Shown here: one piece after another, positions 1 through 12,607 of the stretch | Numbering within the stretch: position 1 is the first letter of the stretch | Layout: every line of letters begins with the position of its first letter | DNA from: Chrysomallon squamiferum | Lineage: Eukaryota > Animalia > Mollusca | DNA length: 64,000 bases | Reading direction: 5' to 3' | Assembly (NCBI GenBank): GCA_012295275.1 | Contig: CM022666.1 | Coordinates: 11,408,001 to 11,472,000 of the forward strand | Position numbers and translations under genes: made by a program | The notes under the pieces: generated by a model | What the model was told of the DNA's origin: nothing | What the model saw: the letters and a program-made list of their open reading frames with translations, nothing else | The model's database searches: none

Positions 1-119
1 AAATTTTTTTTTAAATTACACTTTTTGTTAGGTTTTCAGTAACACTTTAAAGTTAAAAGAACAATGTATGTATCTTTATACCCATGAACTTGCACAGTCA
101 GACTGTTGTTTGTTTTCAG

Positions 120-3008
120 TGCCACACTGTCGAGTCCCCCGCATAGCTCTCACAAGTCTCTGCAGATTGGCCTGTTCATCTACTGTAATGCTGTCACCCT
201 GGTCAGTCGTCACCTGTCTGTTATGTTCACTTTACAATCACTTTAACAAATAACAAATAAATATACCAAAGTTTTGATTATTTAATATTTATTTTCAACC
301 ATCATTTTTAGATAAAATAATGTTCAGTGATTATTTACTTACTGCTGTATTGAAAGCTTTCACATGGAAGAATACTGATTTTCATTTCCTGTTAGCAACA
401 TACTTGCATATTTCCTAATAATAAATATTTTCTATAACATATATACTTTATCAAGATTATTTGTTTAAAATATATATATATATTTATATATGTATGTATG
501 CATACACAAAAACACACACACGCATATGTATATATTCAATGAATCTAAATAGTTTTTGTTTTTAAAGTGCATTACTTCAAGAACAAGGTATTTGTTTTTA
601 TCTTTCAGATATATTTAGCCAATAAAAATCCAGTGTTCCATCAGGTTTGTAAATTTTATTTTTCTAAACATTTACTTTTTTGTATACAAATGGCACCTAA
701 ATGACTTTTCCCTACCTTTATTATTTGTTTAACCCCCCCAAAAAATAACCTAAACATTTCTAATTCATAAAAATAAAATAAAAGAAATAATCAATATTCC
801 TCAGAATTTCTGTTATGCATTCACCGTAATGCCTTTATCCACTATAATAAATAATAAAATAGTTCTCAGTCTTTTTTTAACCTTAATAAAATATATGTTG
901 AACTAGTTTTAATACAAGGGTTACATATTTCGCCTTGAGAACTAACATAGAGTAGTTTCAATTTAAGCTGGAAAATGAATCCATTTGTTATTTATGTTTC
1001 TTTCTTATCTGTTTAGAAAATGAATTATGTATTTTCCTAGTAAAGTATGTTTATATTAGATTTGAAGTGCTGATACTGAACAGTTGTTTCAAGAGTTATT
1101 TATTCTATTTTATTTTACAGGTGGCTTATGCTATAATGGTGTTTGCAATTCTTGTTTTTGGAATTGCTACTATAATGTAAGTTGAAGGTTTATTTATAAT
1201 TTTATAATGACAGACTCATATAGATAGCACTGTTATAATAATCTATGAATCTGAAATTTTCATGTTATGGCTGTGTGAATTTTTTATTCTGATCATACAC
1301 TGTTAATGAAATATTTTGTTTGACACATTCAAAAATTTATTTAAATATAGTTATAATGTGTCATTTAGAATTGACACATTGAATATTTCCCCATTCTATC
1401 GAGACTATGGTGTATGACGTTCTGCAGCTGCCAGTAGAAAATTGCACTTTATAGAGGGATTCATTTCAAGCATCATGTGACAATATGCTCTAGAGTCTAA
1501 TGATCTTGTTGAAGTATTGACAGTGTTGGCAGTTATTATAAAATGCATTAATATTTTTAATAAGAAGTCCCAATTCTGTAATTAAAAAAAAATATATATA
1601 ATAGGCATAAAGCAGTACTTCATTTATTGGTTTCCTTTGATGTTTATAAATTCATTTTTAAAATATTTTAGAATTTCTTGAATTTCTTCCATTTTTCTCT
1701 TGATTATGTTAAAATTTAACTTTTTTCATATGTTTCAGACATAATGAAAATAACTTGCTACTCTACGTGTCATCTGGAGTTGTATACTTCCTGGGATTTT
1801 TTCTCTGGAATATAGATAATAAATTTTGTGGCTATCTTAGGTAACTTTGAGAAATTACACAACTTTTTTTCTGTGAATGAACAGATTTGTTATTAAGGAG
1901 TAATTTAAGAGATTGCAAAAAATAGAGAAATGATTTTTAAAAATAATAATAGTCTCTAAGTTGTGCCTCTGTTAAAAAAAGCCTGAAAATGTAAAATTCT
2001 AATATGTGAAAACAAAATGTTTCTATTTAGTTATATTAAATTATTTAGCATTTTCCAGTTAAAACAGTATAAAGAATTGTTTATTGCAGATACTTGCGAC
2101 ACGAAGTAGTACTTGGGCCACTTGCTCCAGTGACAGAATTACATGCTTGGTGGCATATATTTGCTGGTTTCGGCACTTACCTCTCTCTGTTGTTTCTGTA
2201 AGCTTATTAATACAGTTTCATATATGATTTAATAGTTTGTTCAGATATAAATGCTGTTCCTGTGTGAAAAATTGCTCTTATCAGACATCACAATTTGTGA
2301 GCATCAAAAGAAAATAATGAATTGGAAATGATCTGTGATATAATATGAGAATGTTTTTTGTTTTTTTTCAATATCAAAAATGTTTATACTAATTAATGAC
2401 GTAATAAACATCAGGTCAGTTTTTTTTTGAATACACTGAACTAAGAAAAGCACATACATTTTCTAAAGTTCTTTTTTCAAAAAGGTGCTTTCATTTGTTG
2501 CTATGAAAATGCATATAACATTAAATACAAATATGGAGCACTTTCTTTTATATGACCAGTTCACATTAAAATAATTTTAACTTGTTTTTATTTCAGAACA
2601 CATACAAGGTATTTGTTTCTGAGGAGAGAACCAAAGATAAAGGTAGTTAAGTGATTTTTATACTGGAATTTGGAAAAATTGTTTTTGTATGAAAAGATAA
2701 TAAAACAAAAAGAGGATTTTAAAAACTGAATAAACTTTTAAAATATTATTACTCCCATTGTTTGACAAATTTTATGAAAATGTTAAATAATTTCAGGTAA
2801 CATTTAGGGTGTTCTTTATTTACTTTTCTATATCTTTCTTTTTTTGTTTCTTTATTTTTTGTTATTTGTTTATTGTGTGTTGCTTTTTATTACTTTTTTC
2901 TTTCCATTTTTTTTTTTAATAAAGACATTGAAAATTTAGAAGTTTTATTTTTCATTTCAGTTCTTCTGGCACTTCTATCCATATGTGACAGTCACAAAAC
3001 ATGACTGA
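120..3008 (+). CDS. ACER3: Alkaline ceramidase 3 (CREST family), 5'-truncated; 7 exons visible
   Basis: Phase-consistent GT-AG exons 120-201, 609-644, 1121-1176, 1739-1840, 2090-2197, 2597-2642, 2961-3008. They translate to ...IYLANKNPVFHQ-VAYAIMVF...YFLGFFLWNIDNKFCGYLR...ELHAWWHIFAGFGTY...THTRYLFLRREPKIK-FFWHFYPYVTVTKHD*. WNID and HAWWH are ACER3-family motifs. Confidence 0.93.
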
Positions 3009-4289
3009 AATCTGCTGAGCAGAGTGTTAATTCCAAATCAAATCTCTGATATTTATTTGAGTGAACAACAGTTTCATCTTATTATATTTTTGAAATAAAG
3101 TTTCGAAATTTTTTACAATTTTGTACAAGCTTATTTGTTTCAAATAAGATGTTCTTAACATGAAAATAAAATTGAACAAGACTTGTTTTGTTTGGTTTGA
3201 ACAACATTATAATTTAGAAAGACAGAAATACAGTTATTAATTAACTGATTCAACTAAATAAAAAAATACATTTCCTTTTTATCATATTTGATGGAAGTAG
3301 CTGCCAAATTGCCAATATAACTGCCCTTTTAAAAAAATGTTTTGATAATAATTTAAATTTTGAGAAAGTAAGTTTTTGTTTGTAAACTTCATCAGTAAGT
3401 AAAGTGATGTATTATAAGAAATAATTTTGTATTCGATAATAACAAGTCTTTTCATTTAAAAATAATATTAAAAAAGTATGTTATTTCTGTGATATTATTA
3501 TTATTATTATTATTATTATTATCATTATTATTATTATTATTATTTTTTTTATTTTATTTTATTTTATTATTATTTTTTTTTTTTTATAAATGATGTATTT
3601 TTTAAACCAGATGCAATCATATAAATGTTAAAAATGTTAACATCACAGGGTATTGTTTAGTTTTAAGCTTGTACGAAATATCAAAAATCTCTTATAAAGA
3701 CAATATAATTGTCTAAATATTCGTTCCAGTCTTGTAGAAAAATCCACAGAAAATACAAGCTTTTGGTACAATGTTTGATGCCTGTGCTAATGTTTGAAAC
3801 CAGCCATCTGAATACCATGTTTCCCATGAACAAAGATGTTTTTAATATCAGGGAAAGGAAATATCCTTGACACTCATAGTCCATCTCACTGAGAAATGTC
3901 AGGAACTTGGTTCCACTTCATGTTCCTCCTTAACTAAATGACTATCTATTATAAAAAAACAAAAGTTTGCAATGCCAACTCTGAATGAAGCAGAATAATA
4001 ATTCTGACAATGTGATTTATGACACTAGGCACACCTCTCACGTTTTTCTTTCTCTTAAAAATCTAAGCAGAGTTAAATCTAATATTCCTTTTTCCCTTTA
4101 CAATTTTGGTTCTTGGTTCAGTAAAATGAACATGTTGGACTGTAGAATATCTAATTCTGAAAATTTTTAAATGTATATAAATAGTGGTAAATAAATAAAA
4201 TATATAGCAGTACCTTTTAAAATAAAACAAAAAAAATTAAATTAAATTTCATTTGGTAAATTTAATGAATCTTTCATCCTTAAGTCCTT

Positions 4290-5140
4290 TGCAATAAAAA
4301 ACCTGCAAACAATCCTTGATGAAACTGTTCACCTGGAGTGGATAAGTGCATTATGGCAGAAATAATGCAAGTTTCACAGTCAAATGTTGGATGTTTTATC
4401 AATGATGCTGTAGTGCTGTAAGTGTAAAAGTGCCTGCAGTGGTGGATTCCTCCAGCATACATGCTAATGCAATGTTCTGTTGGGTTTAAATCTGGTTAAC
4501 AGACAGGCATATGTGGACAATGTTGTGCTGCAGATAATCCTAACACATGTTTCATGTTATCTGGTATTGTCGTTCTGCAACATTCGACCACTGGCATTCA
4601 TATTTAGAATGTTGTCTTATCTCAGTAGCTGATGCCATCACTAAACCTGCTACATGCACAACAGCCATCCAACCCATGATAGATTCCTGCTGACCCTGTA
4701 ACACTGGCACCACCAAAACTCAAATTGTTGCACAGTTTGGAGCATAATGCGCCCCTTGATGTCTGTAGATGTGTGAATCCATCAGCATCTGAGAAGAGAA
4801 AGCAAGCCCCATCTGAGAAACAAACAGTCCTCCATCTTGCAGGTGTCCATCTCACCCTCTGTTGGCACGTCTGCAGATACTCCACTAAGTGACTGGGTCA
4901 AATATTATGTCTTCCAGAGACAATCCCAGACTCCCTCAAACTGTCTGGTCAAACATATTGAATACTCAAGGACAGTGAGTGTTGCTGTGATTGCTGCTGT
5001 TGTTAAATTTTGAAGATGTATTGATTTTGAGTGTTGGTGGTTCTTTGGGCTGTCACTAACACTGAATGGTGTTGTACTGTACACCAGATTGCCAGTGTCT
5101 GCCAGTGGTGTTACTGCATCATTCTGACATGAGCTTCACT
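4290..5140 (-). mobile_element. Decayed Tc1/mariner DNA transposon remnant
   Basis: Minus-strand fragments WTPARWRTVCFSDG..F...DG and FGGASV...GI (ORF 4622-4885), LQNDNTR*H (~4580-4555) and PDLNPTEH (4495-4472) match the Tc1 motifs W..V.FSDES, FGGGSVMVW, QQDNARPH and SPDLNPIEH. Stops and frameshifts are present; TIRs were not resolved and the boundaries are approximate. Confidence 0.85.
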
Positions 5141-5185
5141 CTTCTGATTTTTGCTTAATTACAGTTGAATAATTTAAAGAAATCA

Positions 5186-5245
<60 letters not shown>
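5186..5245. repeat. (AAT)n microsatellite
   Basis: Direct inspection. Confidence 0.95.
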
Positions 5246-7209
5246 TTTGAGTTGAATTTTTTTGCATTTCATTTAATAATAAAATAATACAAAGTAAAGC
5301 TTATTTTAATATCAAAATATTGTTTTGTTTTCCAACTGTATTCAGAAGTACTTGTTAAATGAAAGGTGAATGTAATAGTATGCCTTACTCATAATTACAG
5401 TAAGGATTCGATGAATTGCATTGAGTTTCCACTTTCATTATTGTTACATTAAATAATTAAAAGAAATAACATAGAAGTATCTAGTATTAAAGACAACTAA
5501 TATTCGCTGAATTATGAATTGTAATGCCTCATCTAGTACATTACTGGATATCATTTATTTTTAAGAGACTTGGACAACAGGATAAAACCAAACCTTACTG
5601 ATCATGCAAATTTTAATTTATGTAAATTTTCCATATAACATCAACATAAAACTTTATTGTTTAGAAAAGGTTAGGTAAACAAATGAAGACAAGTGACTTA
5701 ATAGATTATTAATATAACATGACTAACTCCCTCATTTGACCTTACCTTTTTCTCAGAAAACCACATTGCTAATTTATATGGTCTAAAGACTGAGAAAAAT
5801 ATGTGGATCATTCATTTCCAGTATGGATACAGGAGACATTTTTGCCAATTCTTTTTCCTTTCTATAAAAAATGATATTTGTAATAAAATAAATCTTACAT
5901 TTAAAATTATCTTGAAGTTGCTGTTGGTACTCCTTTTCTAAAACTCACAAATACAAAATTATGCATATACCCATTAATAAAATATGTTTACAAAATACAT
6001 AATTGGCTAAAATTAATCTTTAGTATGTATTTTCACAATAAATACATTAAAATGATGCATATCTCAGTTTAAAATGGCTTCTTTGGGCAGGTTGAGACTT
6101 GAGATGATTTTTCAATAATTTGGACATTTCCTCAGGAGAAGACGTAGGCTTATTTGTAGAAGTGGTCAAATTTTATCTGCATTATTAAAATAAATTCATA
6201 TTAAATTAAATTACACAGAATCTTCAGATATCAACAAGTATTTATTGTAATGAAAAGAAGATCAAAATAGCCAATGTACCTGAAAAACTTCACATGTTTT
6301 GGCTTCTCAGATATCTGCAACATCTGGAGTCACTATTGGAAGAGTGAAGCTAATAGTAGTATTTAAAATTAATAATATAATGAATCCCAGAAGTCTAGAC
6401 CAGTTTATTATATTTTATTTTTAAAGTTATTTTAATAATAATTAATATATATTTTTAAGTTTTGGCATCTTGTTCATCGTATGTAAAAAAAAAAAAAAAA
6501 AAAAATTAAAAAGTCAAATAAAAAAGACAGCAAAAAAAAAATTAAAATTTTGAAACTGAAGTAATATATATGTATTATGTATCTAATACAGTTTTCTGAA
6601 AAGTTTTGAATATGCCAGTCAGTTAATTGATTTGCTTTTTTTCCCAAAATATAAATGGTCGTCAATAGAAGAGTACTATAGTAAATATGACAAAATGTTT
6701 TAAATTTATGTATTTGTCTCTGTGTTTGTGTGCACTGTGCATATGCATGCATTTCAACAATGAGAAATGATTTAACAAGACCTATTCTGCAATTGTATTG
6801 GGTTCAGTTAACTTGACTGTCGTGCAATTTACAAATCATTAGGACTTGAAATTCAAGACATGCATGTATAATAATTAATATGTTAGGAAAAATTCCAACA
6901 TTTTTCCTTCTGCTTCATTGATATATTAAATCAGTAATAACCACAATCCAAAAACCAGTGGAATGAATGTTGAGTATGTGTCTAGAATATTTTAGTGTAA
7001 TATATTCTTTAGGTGGCTAAACAAAAATTAAAGCTAGTTCATTCATATTTCTGTCAGTTTCTGATTTTTAGTATATTGAACATTTTGAGTGGGATAGCAT
7101 TATGCTATATCTACAGAACTGTAACTGTGATGTATGTTTTACTTCTACTTTTTTTTTTTTTTTTTTTTTTACTTTCCTTTATTATTATTATTATTATTAT
7201 TTTTTTTTC

Positions 7210-7546
7210 TGACGTAGGCAGTAAGGATTCACTCAAGGTTGTTTGCCAAGAGTCGAAATTGAACGGAAATTTCAATGACGTCATAATAATAAAAGCGCCT
7301 TAGAAACAAGAAGGAGCAGCGAAATTATAATAGTTTCACTTTTCTTGTCATATTTCAGATCTATTAACATCCGATATATTTTCGATGTTTTATTTTACAT
7401 CTTGTATATTGATGATGTTTATTTGTTATTTTCAGGTGGATTTTAACCTATTAAATACTTTAAAAGAATTTTGATTTATGTTCCTAACCGGAACCGCTTT
7501 TACATAACTTCCGGTTGGAAAACCTGGCCGTCAAAATAAAATAACA
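7210..7546. promoter_or_regulatory. Probable RNF168 promoter
   Basis: Local CpG enrichment, CRE palindrome TGACGTCA (~7277), and ETS-type CCGGAA (~7488) and ACTTCCGG (~7507) just upstream of ATG 7547. Confidence 0.5.
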
Positions 7547-10500
7547 ATGTCTTCAGCTATCGACGATTCGAAAAGTTCGTTGGAGGACTGTACTTGTCCG
7601 ATATGTTTAAGTATAATGGTGTATCCAGTTACTATGCCCTGTCAGCATGAACTTTGTATGCCATGTTTTAAGCTTAATATGACTGAGACCAGTTTATCAT
7701 GTCCACTGTGCAGAAAACGGATTTCTACCTGGACTCGATGTGCGTCGAGAAGCAACACATTGGTCAATGAGACACGATGGAAACAGATACAAGAACTTTT
7801 CCCAGAAAGAATTAAAAGACGAATGGAAGGAAAAGATGAAGATACAAATGAGAATAGTATGTATTCACGTTATTGTTGTTGTTGTTGTTGTCTATTTACT
7901 TTTTATTTTAAAATGAAATTCAGACTTAGCAATTGTTTCAAAACAGTCTACAAAATAACATACCTGCTAGTGCTAGCAGATGCTCGACAAGGAAGTAAAA
8001 ACGTACGTGTATTTTGTTGTTAACATTATCATGGGATTTTCATAAGTTGTTTCAGTTTGTTTTTACCTAGAACATATAGCTTCAAAGTACTGATATATCT
8101 ATTTACAAGTTTAGACTTACAGTTACAGCATTAAAGCATTAAACAGTTTATTTAATATACGGTATATATGCACATTTATATTATTTTTAATAATACATTA
8201 ATGTGTCATTTGAATTTACTTTTCTAATATTAACTTATTGATGTCTTATTGTTGTAGCACTTCCTCACACAGATGTTAATTTGGCAAAACCAGGTGAAAT
8301 CAGAAAAGAATACGAAGAACAACTTAATAAGGTTGGGTTTTTTTAATCACTAATCACACATATATTTATTCCTTTATCAGTTAAAATGTATTTAATTATG
8401 TTAAAAATATGTATGTTAACATCCAGTTTAACATGTAAATTGAAAACAAAAGTAAGAGTACATTTACCATGTATGAAGAGAAACTAAATACATTTTGTAT
8501 GTTTCCAATTAATGATTTATTTTACTGTTGCTATTCAGATGTGATGTCATTTAATTAATTAGCTGCACCAGATTTATTATTAAAGATTAACATTCTCTAG
8601 TTATTGTCACACAGATGAAATCAGAATGTTTTGTATAGTTTATATTTCTTTTTCTAGATTTATCAGGACCGTTTGGCAGAAGACAGAAAACAAGCTGAGA
8701 AAAGTGAGAGGCTGATTGCAGAGCTGAAAAAGGAGGAGGAAGAGGAAAACTGCCAGTGGCAAATAAAGCTGCAGGAAATAGCAAAACTTGATGAAATATT
8801 GGCACAACAACTGGATAAAATTATTAATAATGTAAATTCATTTTAACACACACACAAAATAATTTTCCTGCATAGCTACCCTTATTCTGTTTAAGTAAAT
8901 CATCCTTCTTATTTGAATTTGTTAAAGACAGGATTCAAATTTTACCTTGGTTACCTTCTTTAATTGCCTTGGTGCATAAAAATTTGGATGCTATTCCCAG
9001 CAGTATTATACCCCAGGACTGTCCTAACCCATAAATTCTAATGATTCTTCGTGTTTTTAAATGTTTTTGCCTTACTAATTCTGTCATCAAAACCATTCAT
9101 GATTCCACAACTCCTCAATGACTTCCATAAAATGTACAAATGTCAACAATTGTCCTGCCATAAAAAAAAGATAAAATACTATCACTATCATGAGGAATAT
9201 AACTAACAGAATCCATCTCAACTTTAATTATATACTAATTGCAGACACAAGTCTGTATTGATTAATACAGCACTATTTGTATTTATTGGCATTAATAAAA
9301 TCTTATTTGATGAGATAAAATTAAAATGATTCTATTAAGAGTAAATTGAGTTCAGGATAAAAAAAAAACTGCTATTAAATATAGAATTTTGCCTTGTACA
9401 CTAAGAATGATAAAAATAACAGGATGGAAACTTGTTGGTTATGTACAACAAAGATGTTTGAAAAACCAGTATCTGAATATGGCAAACATATTCACTCAGT
9501 AAATAGCTGTTGAACATTAAAATTATTTTAAACCATATTTAGGCAGTTTCTAAGTTTTGAAATATTACTTTCCTTGGTTTCCATACTTTTTAGCCATCTG
9601 ATACTAAATGTTGCCATTTAATGTACTGTCATATATAGAAGTTTAATTATAACAAAGCTTTATGCTGTATATAGCAACATACTAACAATTCTCAGCTTTA
9701 ATCTTTTCAGGCCTTTCTCATCAAATTAAACAAGAAAATGTAATTCAAGGTATAATAACTACTGATTTAAATACAGAAACACTTTAAAAATGCTGAATTT
9801 TGTTATAATTATAACCTAATCAAATCCTTTTGTGGTTTCAGACTGATGCAGATGTACCAGTGGATAGTCTGTTGGTAGAAACACTATCTGAAAGTGAACC
9901 TGGAACCAGCAGAACAGGTAGTCAGACAGAGATCAACTTGTTGGAAGAAAGTGATTCCTATCCATATACGTGTTTCACCCCCTCAGAAAAATCATCTGAA
10001 GAAAACAATTATCCCTCTTCAAGTTCCTCTTACAACATGTCATGCAATTGTAAGAGTCCTGAGGAAAATAACATACATAATAAGAATTTTGATCATACGC
10101 AACTTCCAGATGCAGGTAAAACGGCAGTTTCTTTCGTTAAAGAAAATGAATTAAGCAACAGCAGAAACACAGATGAAGACATACCATACTTCAAACCAAT
10201 AGCTTCATGTTCTGGTGAGCCCAAACAAAATTTAACAAATTATTTTCTTGATAATAATCAAGTTACTGACATGAGTTATAAAAATTTAGTAAATGATAAT
10301 TTAAGCCATGAAAATAAGAACATGGTGAAAAAGACAAAATCTGCAACTTTTGTTCCAAGTTGGACTGAGAACGAAAATGTTAAGAGTGCAAGCTATTGTC
10401 CTCCTGATATGAATGTCAAAGTACGATTGACACGTCAGCCTTTGCATAAATTTTTAAATAAAAATATCGAGTTGATTGCACAAGAATCTGAATTGGAAAA

Positions 10501-11708
10501 CAAATATGATACAAATGTTTCTTCACCAATGTTTCCTCACATGCTGGAAAAATCCAGAGAAAAAATACGTGGTACTGAAGATAAACATAATGAGCCATCT
10601 TGCAGCAATGTGCTGAATCATAAATCAAAATCCCTGGTATGTAAAATGTCAAAACGTTCAGTAAATAAACCTAACCAAAAGACCACTTCTTCTCTTGCCT
10701 CTCCAAAAAGGCTTATAAAAGAGAGAGTGAAATACAAAAAAGATTGTGAATCACCACAAATATTTACTTCAGGTGAAATTTCAGTAATGTTGCATTCATC
10801 AGAATCTGATGTATCACTGGATGACAATGGAAATTTAGAAAATAGCATTTCAGATGAAATGTACTCGGTTACAAATAAAAATTCTGAAACAAATATATTG
10901 TTAAAAGACAAATGTGAAACTGAGAAACATTTAAATGAAGAAAGCAGTGAGGATCAAGTGCATTCTGGATGCGATGTAAGAAATGGCAGCGTAACTAAGA
11001 ATTATGCTGACTTGAATAGAACTTTCTGTGCTAACATGGGTGAAACTTCTGTTTACAATAATGGAAATCCAGAAATAATTAACATTCCTACTGAAGAACC
11101 AAGTGGTATGGACAAGAACTTTGATGTAAACAGTAACACATGCAAACAATCTCGTGGAGCACATGGAGCAGTTATTACGAACAGAAGTGGTACAAAAAAC
11201 CTCTCTTGCTGATGTTGATGACTATGAAAAATCCATCAATTTGTGTCAACAACATTCTCTTTCATCTGATCACAGAACAACATTTTGCTATCAAGAGAAA
11301 ACAGAAATGTTGAGAAAACAAACAAACAAAAGAAAGAAACTAAACCTGAATAAAAGATTAAAGATTAATACCAAGGAGTTTTCTTCATTGCAGGTAAGAA
11401 CGACTGATGTAAATTACATTCCAGAAGATGAAGTTCCATCAGGACATTTTAGCATGGAAACCAAATACTGCTTGAGAAAAAGATGTCAAAGCAATCTTAT
11501 TTCAGCCTCACCATCCCCAAAGAAAAAAAAAATTAAAAAAAAAAAACTGTCTTGTGGAAGTGACATGTCACAAGAGGAATGTGACAAACTTTTAGCTCAG
11601 AAGCTTCAGAAACAGTTTGATCTTGAAGTAAAACTGAGGTTAGTGGAGGGGAGATTTAAAGGTACAGACAAACAGTACAATTTCCGAAAACCACCAAAAT
11701 ATGATTAG
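7547..11708 (+). CDS. RNF168: E3 ubiquitin ligase RNF168 (RING, UMI/MIU1, MIU2-LRM2), with a frame break near 11190-11212
   Basis: Exons 7547-7856 (RING CPIC...CQHELC..C...CPLCRKRISTW), 8258-8331 (LAKPGEIRKEYEEQL), 8658-8831 (SERLIAELKKEEEEE...DEILAQQL) and a long last exon from 9842. That exon stops at 11212 in frame. The C-terminal QEECDKLLAQKLQKQFD...RFKGTDKQYNFR (MIU2-LRM2) is in the +1 frame and ends at 11708. Confidence 0.9.
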
Positions 11709-12607
11709 AATCTTCAGTGGCAATGTTGACCTTGGTGAAATTGGTTCAGCACTAACCCACTTCAAATATCCAAATACATTCAAAACCTTATATTAAATTA
11801 TTCGTTGATCAGAATTTGTGCATTGTAATTTATATACAATATGTTTTTGTTTATTATGCTTTATTTTCATGTTCTTTTCTTTTTTAAATAATTGTTCTCG
11901 TCTTTAATTTGACACTTTTCATGATAATGTGATGTGCTAGTGGAGAAAGTGTTACAAATATTGAATGTAACAAATTATATGGTGTGTAAAACAGCAAGGA
12001 ACTATGTTTGCATCTATGAATTATTCTTCTCTAGACACTAACACATTTTCAGAATCAGAATCAAAATCATGTAAAAGGCTGTATTTTATTTGCAAAACAA
12101 AAAAACATGCAAAAAAATTAATATATATATATATGCAACCAGAAAATATAAAACATCCTAAAGGAAAGTTAATTAAAAGCAATTAGGAAGTTTTTGTGGT
12201 TGGATAAAAACTGGAAATTGTTTGTTGAAAATAAATATATTTTTATTTTTATGTTTTGAGATTGGACTTTTTTTCTCCATTTCTATATGACACTATTTGC
12301 ACTGCCTCATTCAATTCACTAACATTTTATGCTTACAATTATCTCACTGTGCGAAGAACTCTTTAAATCATTTCTTTAGTCCATGATATAATAACACTTG
12401 ATGTAGTACTACTAGTAGTAAGCTATTTACCATATTGGCAGTTTATAAACAAACATATTTTAAGATGAGGTTCTGTAGGGTACATACATTTTAATACAAT
12501 AATGCTGAAGGCTGTTGTGAAAGTAATATTTTATTTAAATTGCACCAAGTACTCTAATGGCAATCGGTCATTAAGAAGATTGTTTTATATTCATCACTGA
12601 TATCATT

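Noticed and set aside
5750-5820. Box C/D snoRNA on the minus strand
   Set aside because: No canonical RUGAUGA box C and no recognisable rRNA guide.
9711-9749. Possible extra RNF168 exon (CTTTTCAG acceptor, AAG|GTATAA donor)
   Set aside because: In-frame TAA in the required phase; flanking exons already join in frame. A poison exon cannot be excluded but is unsupported.
10416-11164. Antisense ORFs over the RNF168 last exon (and 21264-21581 over WRAP53)
   Set aside because: Shadows of long sense-strand coding exons.
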